Made by a program: the position numbers and the translations under genes
Origin: Octopus bimaculoides
Taxonomy: Eukaryota
Assembly (NCBI RefSeq): GCF_001194135.2
Contig: NC_068981.1
Span: 65,372,236-65,436,235 of the forward strand
DNA length: 64,000 nucleotides
Direction: 5' to 3'
Part shown: in pieces, positions 26,021 to 39,330 of the stretch
Numbering within the stretch: position 1 is the first letter of the stretch
Layout: every line of letters starts with the position of its first letter
The notes under the pieces: generated by a model
The model's database searches: none
Seen by the model: the letters and a program-made list of their open reading frames with translations, nothing else
What the model was told of the DNA's origin: nothing

Positions 26021-27059
26021 CGTGTATATGTGTTTGCTCATTTCTCTTCAAGCTGATAATGTTCCCATCCCTTCCCCTCGAAATAAAATGGTATAAATGT
26101 AACCATTGCCACTCTGATAATAAATAAAGCACTTTAATGCCTAGATAATATATATATATATATATATATGTGTGTATATATATATATTTCATCTATTTCT
26201 AATTAAGAAATTTGTTTACTAGAGCTTAAGCTAAAAATGAAATTAATACCATAGATTAAATTTTCCCTCTTCCCTCTTGGTATTGTTTTAGCTGAATAGG
26301 TTATGGTGACATCTCCCATTAACATATTATGATAAATAAACTTGCTTGGAATATCATTTTCCCTGCTCAATCAAAGGCTGGAAATATGTTTAGATATTAT
26401 ATTAACCAACAGAAACCTGAGTGTGTTTATAAAAGCGGGGGGGAAAAAAAGGTATTTTCTAAAAAAGTTAATTCTAAATTCCCTTAAAAAGATACACATC
26501 CATAAACAAGCTTATTTAAGTTTGAGTGTGCAGTTCATACTTGAAAGTGTATTTGCACACAGGAAAAAGACTTTCCCATCTCTAATCAACTATGTACAGG
26601 CACATGTATATCTGTGTGCATATGTACACATGCATGCATGCACATACACACAAGCTTCTCCAACAATTGTTAATGAATATTCAGATGCCTTTCTGAACAT
26701 AAACCTTCAGAAATACACATTTACATAAAACGAAACACACACACACACAAACTGTTTTCAAACATGTACAGTCACTTACATTCTGCTTAAGAGACTTTTG
26801 TTTACACACACACACACACACACACACACATATCTTATTATTATTATTATTTTGTACAATTTCTTTTTTAAATTTATATCTTTTAATTACAATATAATAT
26901 ACTTAATTGAATGTTTGTTTGTAATATGTCTTGTAGCAGTCTTTTGTCATAAGCCATAAATGTGTATGTAGTGTGTATGTGCACATATGTGTGTGAGGGT
27001 GGAGAGAGAGAGTGAGGGAGCTTTACCACCAGTCATTTTACTGTTCCTCTCTCTCTCTT

Positions 27060-27109
<50 letters not shown>

Positions 27110-27588
27110 CTCCCCTCTTAGTTCTCTAATTTTCTGTCTGCTTGGCAAAAAATGTTTTAATATCAGCAAAAATAACATTTAAAAAAAAATAATTTTATCA
27201 ATAAATGAAATTGTGAGTGATAATTTTTCTCTTTATGATGGTTGTGACAGTGGTGGTTGGGTTGGGAGACACTGAACAGAGATCTTGTAATGTCATGATG
27301 TAGAGGAAAATAGTTTAAATAATCACCGTGAAAGCTTACTTTGATATTTAAATCAGCTCTTAGTGTATGTGTGCGTGTTGCGTTGTATGTGTGCGTGTTG
27401 CGTTGTATGTGTGCGTGTTGTGTTGTATGTGTGTATGCATCTCTGTGTGTATTTATGCATGCAAACTTACTTATATATGAGTAATTCTGTTTTAAATTCA
27501 AATGAGTGTGTGTGTATGTACGTACATACATAAAACATATGACTAATTTTGCTGTTCTGAATAAATTTACTGACTGTTTGTATTTCAG

Positions 27589-27642
27589 TCAGGATGAAGT
27601 ATTTTCCAAAGAAGGCAGAGGTTATATCTGAAAAGGATATTT
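27589..27642 (+). CDS. Candidate 54-nt exon (phase 1 to 1): xRMKYFPKKAEVISEKDI
   Basis: Branch-like tactgac, acceptor tgtttgtatttcag, donor TT/gtaact. An alternative reading (QDEVFSKEGR, donor at 27620) is also open. Confidence 0.3.
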
Positions 27643-28745
27643 GTAACTGAATTCTTAACCCTTTCCTCCCCCATTTTATATATAATATAATATAATGTAA
27701 TGTAATGTTTGTGTGTAAAATATCCAAATGGATGTCTGATTTTCAAATACATAAAACAATAAGGAACAGAAGAGATATGGACTCCAAAGGCTACATGCCT
27801 AAATAGTGTAAAAAAACAAAAAACAAATGTAGATTCTGCAAGCTATAATAAAGGTAAGCTGTCTTAGAGAACAGTAACTCTAAATAAAAACTGATACATT
27901 ACACAGAGGAGAACTCCTTAGTCCTGCTCTTGTGCTGGTAAAATGATAAAATATATGGCCATCTCTGTTGATGGTAAAGGTCTGTGACAAGTGGTGAGAC
28001 ACTGTGAATCTTGTGCAGCCCATATCAGCATGGAATAGCAGGTGTGAAAAGATGAGGATGAATACACTTAACTCATTCTTCTCACAGGTGTGTATTTAGC
28101 AGTTTTATGTTTGCAAAAGCCATTGAAATGTTTATACATGTATATGTACCATTATGTAGTAATTCAGAGAATGGTGCCTTGAAAGGGGTTCCCTGTTGTC
28201 TTCTCTAGGTTCAGCAAAGGATTTTAGCTTAGCACTGTATGATAAGACATTTGTCAAGTATACACTTCTTTCCTAGATTGCTTATTCCAGTAAGTTCCAC
28301 TGCCCATGGTACATATTTAGATGAGATTGGACTGGGCTATTAAAACTTACTGTGCAATACCTGAGTCAAGATTTGAATATAAACTCCTCCAGCTGTTAGA
28401 CAAACACCTTAATAATTTGATGGTCTTCATTGAATGCTGTGGCTTCATTGAATGGTTGTGTGGTTAAGAAGTTTGCTTTGCAATAATCAATCATAGAGTT
28501 CTGGGTTTGATCTCATTGCTTTGCACTTTGGGCAAGTATTCTATTATATGCTTGGGGTAATGCAGACCTCTTGAGTAAAACTGGATAGATGCATGTTGTG
28601 CAGAAGCCTGTTGCATGGGCCTTAATTGTTCTTATGTCATAGACACAACCCTTTGCTTGTTTCACTTCACAACTTCACCCTGAGTATCTTTTGCTGAATT
28701 TATTTTGTTGCAAACATTGAGACCAGGTATTTGATATGAGTATAC

Positions 28746-28807
28746 CTGCACTGCTCTCTAGTGAGTTGTATTTTCTTCCTTCCTTTCCCATACTATTTTC
28801 GGAGGTC
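28746..28807 (-). CDS. Candidate 62-nt exon (phase 2 to 1): (R)TSENSMGKEGRKYNSLESSA(G)
   Basis: Acceptor cctttgacatttgcag, donor CAG/gtatac, only one open frame. Phase-compatible with 38074-38122. Confidence 0.3.
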
Positions 28808-29480
28808 CTGCAAATGTCAAAGGTACTGCCCTTTCTGTTCTAAGTTATGCAATTTTTATCTACCATAGAGAAAGTTTACTATTTTTTTGATTCTTGATTT
28901 GGCTCTCTGGGACCATATCTAACCTATTTGTTATAATCTTGATATCCTCATTTTCTATAAAATTCAACATGTTTATCTCCAAATGTTGCGGTATGTATGT
29001 TATGTATGTGTGACTGCCTCAAGAATATTAAGAGGTTGTGAGTAGGTATAATGTAATTTAACTCAAACTGATCACCATGTAAACTAGTAACAAAAATATT
29101 CACTAGACATAATTGTATAAGTTTGTTTGGTATATTTTAAATAGATCATAAATGTCTATTACTTTGAAATTAAATTGTTCTTGATATTAAACATTATAAG
29201 AACCAATTTCAGATGGAGAAACTGGTTGAAAATCTGCATCTGCTGCTGCCTGCTGTTAGTATTCAAGCCAGTGATCAAGACTGTATATGATTGCTCTATT
29301 TGCAAGAAATACCAACCAAATTTCCTTAAGATTACACTATCATTTAAGAAAAACAGGTCATGTATCCAGAACACTATATATAAAAAAATAGATGGGATTG
29401 TTATAGCAGGAAGACCTTTAGTCAAAGCTCTGTTTTAATCTGAGCTTGTCTGGGCTAAACAAGTACTAATATTACAATCA

Positions 29481-29700
29481 CTGTGAAGGCGGCAAACTGG
29501 CAGAAACTTTACTGCACTGGGAAAAGTTTTTTATGGCATTTCTTCCAACTTTACATTCTGAGTTCAAATGCTGCCACAGTCAACTTTGCCTTTCATCCTT
29601 TCAGGGCTGATAATATAAAGTACTAGTTGAACACCGGAGTCAATGTAATTGATTTATCCTCTTCTCTGAAACTGTGGGTCTTGTACTAAAATTTGAAATC
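29481..29700 (+). mobile_element. SINE family B with 13-bp TSD
   Basis: AATATTACAATCA at 29468-29480 and again at 29701-29713, flanking a complete family B copy. Confidence 0.88.
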
Positions 29701-32582
29701 AATATTACAATCAATGGTTCTAAAAGAAAAATCTCATTACCACCATCATTAGTGAGTCAACAAGAGAGCTTATATAGAGTCACTCAACAGGCTACAAATC
29801 TCCCACATTAAATAATTTAGTCTTAGATATACAGTGTGTGAAAAGGCAGGACTATCATGGTTAGAATGTCTGCTGGAGCTGACCTAGCAGAGCTAAACAA
29901 CAACAACACTATCATTACCATTTCTATTGCTATTACTGTCAGTTCACTAGATTTGTGGTGACAGCAAATCTCCTTTAATTACCGGTACTTTTTCTACTGC
30001 TAATGCTGCAATCTGACAGATACTGAGGAGTGCAAGGTTAAATATAGTATTTCATTGTTACCCTATATTCTGGGGTCATGCCTTCTCCAACATCATTATG
30101 ACTTTTCCACTCTTCTATGTAAAATGTTTGTGAGATAAGAAGCAATAGTAAATAAAGTCATTTAGTCTTGAGCCCTGTCAAAAGAAATGACTCTTGCTGT
30201 TCTTATTCTCCTGATAATCAATTGAACCTGATACCTGTTTCCTAGCCTTGTTTAAAACTATCATTTTATTTCACTGTCAGAGAATGGTAAAAAAAAAAAA
30301 AAATCCTCATTCTTTAAGCTTTAATCAAACTAACAAAAGAGCATCTAGGTGATCACTCAATCTTCTAGAAATAGCTACCAAATCATTCTCAGATCACATC
30401 CTACTGTTTTAAAAAAAGAACACCTAAGATAATGTAATCCTAGATAAATGGTCTGAAAAAAAAATAAAAAGAATAGTATGGTCATGTAAGGAAAACTTTT
30501 TATTATAGATTTACTCACTTAGAACCAACCTTAGTATAATCAAGTATTAAACCTCAATTGCTAATATTTGTATTGTTTTAAATAAACATATCTTCATGTA
30601 TTTAACCATTGTAATCATTCTACCAGAAACCCCCACCAAATGTTTACTGTTTCAATTGATTTCATTTTACTTTTTTTTCTTTTCATTCTTGTGCTATAGC
30701 TGAATAAGATTGTGGACCCCAGCTCCAAGTTATATTAACTAAAACCCATGTTTTTGTGTCTGTAGACAAAATACATTGATTTACCTCACCTATTAGGTTT
30801 TTATGCATAAATTGCTGACTAGATTGTAAGAATGTCTCTAAGTTATAAAAATGTACATTGTATGTTAACAATTTTTCTGTTTTGTTATATTACATCATTT
30901 TCCCTGTGAGATCTTTTAAGTGGAACAACTATTTTTATACAGTTGGATGCCTTTCCTGCTGCTAACTATTCAACTGTAAAGTAGAAATGAAATGTGTTCT
31001 TTTATGACTAGAGCAAGTGGAGTTATATGATTTGATCCAGGGCTCAACATAAGGGTGCAGTAACATTTGAACTTTTTAAAAACATAAAAAGGGTAAGAGC
31101 TAATAAGGGTGCAATCTAGAATGAGAGCTAGAACATTGGATAGTCTCTGGTATACATAAAGGACAGTCACAGCGGGAACACATATGAGTATAGATCTGCT
31201 CAGAGTTGACTTGAAGCTAAACAACAGCAACATTAAATGAACAATTGTCCTTACATTGTAATATATTTCTGACACTATCTGGTCTTGTCTTAATTACTGT
31301 AATAAGGCATTTTAAAATTAAATAAAAAAAGAAAAACTATTTTATTTTCAAACAATAGTATGAAGGAAAAATTTTAAGTGAAAGGTATCAACCATATCAA
31401 ATGACCAGATAGATATTTTGTATAAAAGCTTTCTGTTCATAATCTCCAACCAGACTAACCTTAGAAGATTTGTTCATGGTTTATATATTTTTGATACACT
31501 TCATGACTGTATGCTATTGTCATTTATTACTACATAAATTGGAAGCCCCCTAACCTCTCTAAAACTGACACGATAATTGGTCAGTTATAACAATGATTGT
31601 TATTTTTGTACATATTACGCAGACATTTTGTCTGTTATATTTTTTCATCAAAACAGAGAAAAAAAGTCCCCTCATTGATAATCAGCCTTGACATTTAGTT
31701 TTTTTTTTTTTTTTTTTTTTTNNNNNNNNNNNNNNNNNNNNNNNNNNNNNNNNNNNNNNNNNNNNNNNNNNNNNNNNNNNNTCCCTAAATAAATATTTAA
31801 AAGTAGTTTTGTCTATCTAATATAAGTTAGGTCAGGTCAGTATCATTCCATTCACATGTTATTTGAACATCATGTAGGGAGGGCGAAATGTGATTTATGG
31901 AGCCTGACTCCAATGCCTTTATGCCATCAAAGATAATCCTTTTGTGCCGATGCTGTCAATGAAATGCACTGCATATATTTTTCAATTAATTTTGAAAATA
32001 ATGAAGAATTTGAAAAAAATTGATAATGTAACATTTTTCTTAATAAGTTAAGGTTTGTAACATATCTTAAAAGGTTATTACACAAAAACTATAATGGGAA
32101 AGTTATAATTTCAACCTGATCTCTTTAAAGTGAGCATTCTGTATAAGAGAAAAAGCCTCAACTGGGTTGATTGCTAAAGAGTTAATGCCTTCCTGAAATG
32201 TTATATTTTCTGTTAGTCACTTTTACGTTTCATTCTGACAGGAGTACTAAAATAGTTATTAGTAATATGCTAGAGTTGACTCAATTAATCATAATGTTTT
32301 CTTTGTAAATGGCAAAATTGGTACAATCATACAGTGATTTTTATTATTGTTGTTGTTATTCTTGGTGCAAGAATAGCCATGTTAAAAAGTACACTTTGGA
32401 ACCATATGGTTTAGGATCGTTTTCTCTACTGCTTGGCACTCTTAGCTGATACCTGTTACTATGGCTGCCAGCTGACCAATGCCATGTGAGAAAAAAGGTT
32501 GATAGAAATTGTTAAAAGCCTGGCTCATGTGTGTGTAAATCTTATAAATCATCTTCATACATACATACAAACATACAAACAA

Positions 32583-32730
32583 ATATCATCATTTAGCATC
32601 CATTGTCCATGCTGGCATGGATTGGACAGTTTGACCAGGGCTGACAGGCTGAAAGGCTGCACCAAATCCTAGTCTGATTTGGCACGGTTTCTATGGTTGG
32701 ATGTCCTTCCTAATGCCAACCACTCTGATA
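32583..32730 (-). mobile_element. RTE-type 3' tail fragment
   Basis: Reverse complement of the 11090-11378 tail (CATCATTTAGCATCCA...CCATGCTGGCATGG...GGATGTCCTTCCTAATGCCAACCACTC). Confidence 0.7.
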
Positions 32731-33249
32731 CGGAAGACAGAGTATGTTGGCACACTACTAGAGACATACCCAAAATACAGTTTAGATGCTAAATTTTAAA
32801 TTTAAAATCTAAAATCTTCAGGCATGGTTGTGTGGGAAGAAGCTTGCTTTCCAAATTGTTTCTGATTTAGGCACAAAGTCAACACTTTTTTGTGGGGGTG
32901 ACTTAGCGTGACTTAACTGGTACTTTAGTTTGCTTTTCTTCTGACTTCAGAAGAACGAAAGGCAAAGTTGAGCCTGGTGAGATTTGAACTCAAAATGTAA
33001 AGATTTTGAAAAAGAAAACAAGAAACACCCATTAAGGAAACCTCTGCCTCTCAGATGACTTTGCCAATCTACTGTAAAACTAATTGCAAAGTCCACAATT
33101 CTGTTTCAACTGCTAATTATTGTCATTTCAGTTCACTTACATCGTTAATTATCTCTCCCTCCCTCCCCCAACCCCCTTCCTCTCTCTTTGCTTTAGAGGA
33201 AGTGGGTATACCCAAGAGTTTCACAATCCCTCTAAGACTGTTGAGATCA

Positions 33250-33560
33250 ATTCTGTTAAGTTTGTCGAACAGTTGCATGTAAACAAATGTGGGGGAAAAT
33301 GTAAACAGAGAAGGAATTCCAAAGAGCTGACATTCTGGGAAAGAAAGACTGGGGCCATAAAATTGCTATTACCAAACTTGGAGTGGACAATTTCCTGGTG
33401 ATGAGGAGAGGAATGAGTCGAAAATGCTGTATGCCACTGCCCTCGGAGCTGACTGGTCTTATACCACTTCCACTCAAAGAAGCACAAGCCATTGTAGTGT
33501 TAAAAACAGAAAAAGGAAACATGGGCTGTGTACTATATCTAATCCTCTCCAGCTGAGGTC
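33250..33560 (-). mobile_element. CR1/L2/Jockey-group LINE 3' end relic
   Basis: Minus frame contains SFFPRMSALWNSFSVYIFP, the same motif as the end of the 15900-16625 element. Confidence 0.65.
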
Positions 33561-35487
33561 TTGTGTCTTGTCAAAAGAAATCATTATATATTCATCAAGA
33601 ATGGTGTTGTTGCATTAGTAGAGAACCATTATTGATTTTATATCATACTACTTTCAAAAACTCATTGTCTTTCAATGAAATTCTTATTTTCGATTCAGCC
33701 AGCCATTATGCCTTGATCTGTAAAATATGCACTAATAGCATACTTGGAACTACTATATTTGTTTATATTTATCTTATAGTAGCTTAAATATAAAGTAATG
33801 GTTATTTTTAATTGACCGAAGTGTGTTTTTAATGATAAATGAAATTGTAGCATGAAATTAGATTGAATAACTTTCTTGGCTGCTGTTTTTGTTTAACCCT
33901 ACATCAGTTCTGATCTAACCAACCAACAATTAAATGGCATAGCAGCTTATGACTGCTGATCTTTTCTGGTTCTTTGTGTGTGAGGTCACACTATCCAGTG
34001 TGCTCTTCCTTATTAAAGATAGTCGGTATGATTTTAGGGAGATTTGTCTGTTATTTTCAGTAGATTAACTGTCTCTATCGATGCTCCCGTGTTGGTTTAT
34101 CTATTTATTAATAAAATAGATAGCAAGTAAACAAGTGCATGCAATCATTGTCATATCAACAAAGCTACATATAAATGAGTTACTATTAATTAGTACTTCA
34201 GGAAGAAGTTTTATATTGTTAACCTTTTTTTTTATCCATATGTTTATGCTGGAACTGAACTCATAACCTTTATTGTATGCTTAAAAAGAATACATTTGTT
34301 CCTGTATTACTGCATAACAGATAAGAATCCATTCTGCTGTATCAGATCAACCAACAAAAGAACCAACACAGTCACTTGCCTTGTTAAAGGTAGCAGCCAA
34401 ATCTCCAATTAAATTGCATCTTACTCCTATAGAAAAAAGAACATATTGGACAATGTGATTTGAGATATACAAAAAAAAAATCAGGATGGTTGTGGTTGAA
34501 ATATCATTGATCATAGGTCTGCTAGATCAGAGCTAACTTGAGATTGAACAACCATAACCTGTAAAAATTGTATCTCGCATGGAATAAATGTTTGAGCTCA
34601 GTCCAGCCCAACACATATATACAGGTTCATGGTATCTAATTTGAAAGAAGAAGAAAAAAGTAGCCCAGAAAAGATAAGATTAATCCCAAATCATTTTTAT
34701 CAGTTTTAATAATAAGCTTATTGATGTATGAAATTTGAGTCCTGTATTCTGGCAGAATCTTGGTAGACAAGATTAAGTGCAGTAAGCTACAAACTAATTG
34801 TGCTTCAGAATCATTGACCATTGTATAAAAATAACGCTTGTTTACCATGTAAATAGTTGACAAATGTTGAATGAAAAAAAAAGGGCGTAAAGATTGGCAG
34901 TGGATGATATACAGGTTATAAGAATATTACCAAGGAAGAAGACTTAGAACTGAGAAATATCAGATGAGATTTTAGAAAGCTCCACCTTGTAGATGAAGTA
35001 GTGCAAAAATAGATACTTGTGGATTGAAGCTATTGTGCATTGCTCTCCTATCCATGCTAGCCAGAAAAATTGGACAATATAATTACTGTCATTACAGTTT
35101 GAAAGTTATCTAACTTTGTATTTTACTTACTCTTTTCTTATCAAATTTCTTGTTAATTTAAATGTTTTGCTTTGGCACACATCATCCACACAAACATACA
35201 ACATACAACAACATGCATACATTTATGTATACGTGAATGTGTCTTGTGGAAAAAGTTTCCTTGAATTCTCTATGTTAATTATATCTCATAACTATAAATG
35301 ATATCTGATAGCATTCTACTGTGAGCCAGAGAACTGTGATGATGAGGTGCATTGTTTATGAAGTATTTTTGTGTTGGGAATAGAATTAAAATTGTTATAG
35401 AAATATTCTAAAAAAAGAATATAAAATATTTTTAACATTTATATGGTGACTGTGATATATTTACCATGTAATTTTCTTCTTTTTCAG

Positions 35488-35534
35488 GTTCCTTATCACA
35501 TGATGTTATGAAAAACCTTGACCAGCTTAGAAAT
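35488..35534 (+). CDS. Candidate 47-nt exon (phase 1 to 0): xSLSHDVMKNLDQLRN
   Basis: Near-consensus acceptor attttcttctttttcag/G and donor AAT/gtaagt, only one open frame, unique sequence. Product not recognised. Confidence 0.45.
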
Positions 35535-37468
35535 GTAAGTATGCATATTCTAGCTTTATCATTATACAATATGATCTATCATAATTTTCTTTTCTTTTAC
35601 AATTCAGTAAATATATTTGATTGTCATCCAACCCTTTCCTTCTTTATATCTTACTCTTATCTCCTGCACCATTATACAAAACGTGACCTTGGTATAGTGT
35701 CTTGATGCTCCTTTTTGTTTCTCCTTTGTCATTAAATTACCATCATATTTTTTGTAACAGAAACTATTTTTTGTTCTCATTCTTGTTTAAAGAATGAACT
35801 TAGAAAGGAGCTTTTATGAAGTTACTCAAACTACTCAGTGCAAGCAGTCATATTGCTAAAAAAAACAAAAAAAAACGTTTTTTAAAATATGCCTTAGTTA
35901 TTTCATAAACAAGTTGGCGATTTGCTTCCTGTCACTAGTGGTGAATCATGTTTATCCATAGCTAAGCATTTTTTAGCTGCGTATTTTCAACCCCAAATTT
36001 TGAATCAGCAATTGCAAGCAGCAATTTCAATCCATTTTGTATCTATATCTTCAGTAATAGGTGTGTGGGTTGCTCCTATACATTCCATCAACTATCTTCA
36101 TGCCTTAGTCAAGCATAACTGACTAAAATTTATTTTAAAAATATATTTAATAAACAGTAAGAGGAATGATTCTAACCAAATTTCATGAGTTCAGGCTTGA
36201 TTGTGTGTTGAAGAAATTCTGTGGCTCCTGGTTTGATCCCACTGTGAGACAGCTTGGGCAAGAATCTTCTGCAACCAGCACAGGTGAACCAAAATATTGT
36301 GAAACGTATTAGGTATACAGAAACTTTGCAAAAACCCATTAAATAGACTGCATCTGCTTTTAGGTGAGAAACTTAATGGGACACTGGATTTAACACAACC
36401 ATTATACCACCATCACCACCTGGTTTGTGGCTGTACTTAAAGAACTCGGGCCAAGTCTTCAGTGTGGGGATAACTCGATATTGTAATGTACTGCTTCTAA
36501 CTTAACAACTACGACTCATGAACTGTGATTTCTTCTCCCCTTTGCCTGAACAGCCGCAGTGGTAGCTCAAGCAACAAAATGGTTCTGTATACTGCCCTTC
36601 TTCCTCTAAGTTAGCCATTCAAAAATTTACTGAAGGAAAAAAAAATTACTGAAAGAAAATCATATAGAATTGCTGTTGTTTTTTAATAAAAAGTGTAGAT
36701 AGAGGGAAGGAGAGCAGGTTAAGCAGATATAAAAGTTCTACTAAGACTAGAAGCTGTTTCCTTATATATTATTTTAATGTAATTGCTTAGTTTTGTTCAT
36801 GTTTCTCACTACCACTATCACTCTTCTATTCCGTTATCTTGGGAAGTAGGTAACCAAGTGAAGGGAGAATAAAGTAAAACAAAAAAAACTTTTAGCAGTC
36901 AGTTGTATGTTTGCGCATGCACATATGTATACATGTTTGTGTCCATTTGCATATGATTTGTATGTATGTATGTATGCATGTTTATGTTTGCATGTACATG
37001 CAGATGCATTTCTAAGTGAGTGTGTGTGTGTTGTCTGTTATTGTGTAGCCTCTAGGCCAGCTGTGGTTGAGTTGAATGTCTTTGTGTGTGTCCATATGTG
37101 TGCAAGTACATGTGTGTATGTGTGTGCTTGTTTGTCTGTGAAGAGGAAAGAGTAGAAGCTGCCAGAAATTTCCTTGTACCTGTGCTATATTTTGCTTCAT
37201 ACAGCTGTTGTTATCTGGATTGTATATAAATGCATTATAAATGCATTATGCACATATAATCATTATAGCTGGCCTAAAGCTATACAGACAGACAAAATCT
37301 TAGTCTCCAGGAATAAAGATTTATGGAAAAGGGTTTGTGTTAATTCTTCTAGCATAATTTTTCAGACAGAAATGTTTCAAGGAAACATTTTTGTCTTTTT
37401 CAGTTTGTTATATACACTGCTTCCTTTTAAACATATATAGATATATAGTTGAGATTTACAGAAAAGAC

Positions 37469-37524
<56 letters not shown>

Positions 37525-38073
37525 TAAGCAAGGTCTGTCTGACCTTAAATATTATAACTCCTGTATTGAGACACATATCTGGGCAAGTTATTACAATGTT
37601 GGCCTACCAACATCATGATCATCAACATCATGATTTATTACATATATATGAAATATTAAGAAATGTTAGGGCAGAAGGAAGATATTAGTTAAGGAATCAA
37701 TGCAGTTTTGACTACTTATTGAAACCAGGTTGCAGAAATTAGTTTGCTGAGAACATAATTGCACATCATAGTATCAACTTAATAATAATTTCTTCATGAG
37801 CCACAAGGGGCTTAAGGAGATAAAATAAAATACAACGAACATTGGACAAGGGGACTCACAAAGGTCTATGGGATGGGGGTGAACAGATGAATTATATTAA
37901 AATGAAGAGAGGCCTAAAAGATTTCATACGGTATATAATAGAATGAATTAAACATATCCTAAAAAATAAGTATTTACATATAGAATAAAATTTGAAGCCC
38001 TTAATAATTATTATCATTATTAAATTCCTTTGATATTTCTTCATTTAATTGTTGCCAGATATCAACAACTTAC

Positions 38074-38122
38074 CTTGGGCAGGTATTGTCATGTGATACT
38101 GGCATTTCACAGCATGATGTTA
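38074..38122 (-). CDS. Candidate 49-nt exon (phase 1 to 2): xTSCCEMPVSHDNTCP(R)
   Basis: Acceptor ttttatacctttttatag, perfect donor AAG/gtaagt, single open frame. Confidence 0.4.
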
Positions 38123-38229
38123 CTATAAAAAGGTATAAAATTGAATTAGACTGTATAGAGAAATATAAATTTAAACATAAATACTTAAGAAAATAAAGAT
38201 ATATAAAAGAAGAAACTTCTGCATTAATT

Positions 38230-39330
38230 ATTCAGCATGATAATGATAAAAAATTACATGAAATGCTATTGAAGACAATTTTTTGACTCATTTATGCCTT
38301 TTTGACTCTTAGTATACCAGTTAAATTGAGATTCTTTGTGTTTTCAGTTGACACAGTCTGCTGTTCTTAACTTCTAGGTCTTTGTACTTCACAAATTTGT
38401 CATACTCTTTAGCAAATACAGTTTGGTCAGATGGTATAGTCATGTCAGCAAGTAGATATATTTTATTAAAAAATTTTTTAACAATATTTGGTTGACTGGT
38501 GTTTATGGCATGGTCTGTATGAACTTTAAAATCTCATGAAATTATTGCATTTTTTTGCTTCAATTACTGATAAGGGGTGGTGTACATACCAGATTTTAGC
38601 ATGTTCTGTGCTGTAATGTTTACATAAGTGTCCAGTGAATATATTCTTTTCTACTCTAGGCACAAGCTCTGAATTTTGGGGGAGGGGGCCAGTCAATTAG
38701 ATCAACCCCAGTACACAACTGGTATTTAATTTATCAACCCCAAAAAGATGAAAGGCAAAGTCAACCTTGGTCGAATTTGAACTCAGAATGTAAAGACAGA
38801 TGAAATACCACTAAGCATTTTGACCGACATTCTAATGTTTCTGCCAGCTCGCCACCTTGTCCAGTGAATATATTAGCCGACTCAATCATGCCTGGCTTTA
38901 CATTCAGTTGGAGCCAAGGTGGAGCAGCTTGTTACTGTAGGGGCTATTGTCTCAACTTATTTGTCACAGATTCTGCAATGTGGGTTTGCTCCACTTTTGA
39001 GAATGTTTGCTTGAGAGTTTCTTGTAAATCAGCTCCTGTCTTGGGCAGCAATGATAAATCCCTCCATATCAGCTTTTAACCCTGAGCTTTTACAGCCACT
39101 GATGGGCTTGTGGTTGGTCAACATTTGTGTTTTGGGTTTGATGTGGGTATTGGCCATGTAGAGGTTTCCGTTGCCATCAGTCTTTCAGAGTTTTAAGACC
39201 CTCAGGTTTTTGCTTTAATTCAGTAGGTTCTAGCTGTCTTGGTCGGTAGTAAGTCAGGTTCATTTGCAATTTCTGCGTTATTGATTCTTAGTTCTCATCT
39301 GTATTTCTCTGTATTTATTATTATTTCTGT
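38230..39330 (-). mobile_element. R4/Dong-like non-LTR retrotransposon relic (post-RT region, CCHC knuckle, RLE endonuclease), interrupted by a SINE
   Basis: Minus translation: WQRKPLHGQYP..VDQPQAHQWL*SSGLKADMEG, IIAAQD..TRN.QANILKSGANPHCRICDK.VETI....SCSTLAPTECKARHD*VG*YIHW, CKHY..WY.HHP, *DFKVHTDHAINTSQPNIV, LLADMTIPSD..KEYDKFVKYKDLEV, QKIVFNS. Confidence 0.88.
38646..38857 (-). mobile_element. SINE family B nested in the R4/Dong relic, 17-bp TSD
   Basis: TGTCCAGTGAATATATT at 38629-38645 and 38858-38874. Excision restores the host YIHW motif. Confidence 0.92.
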
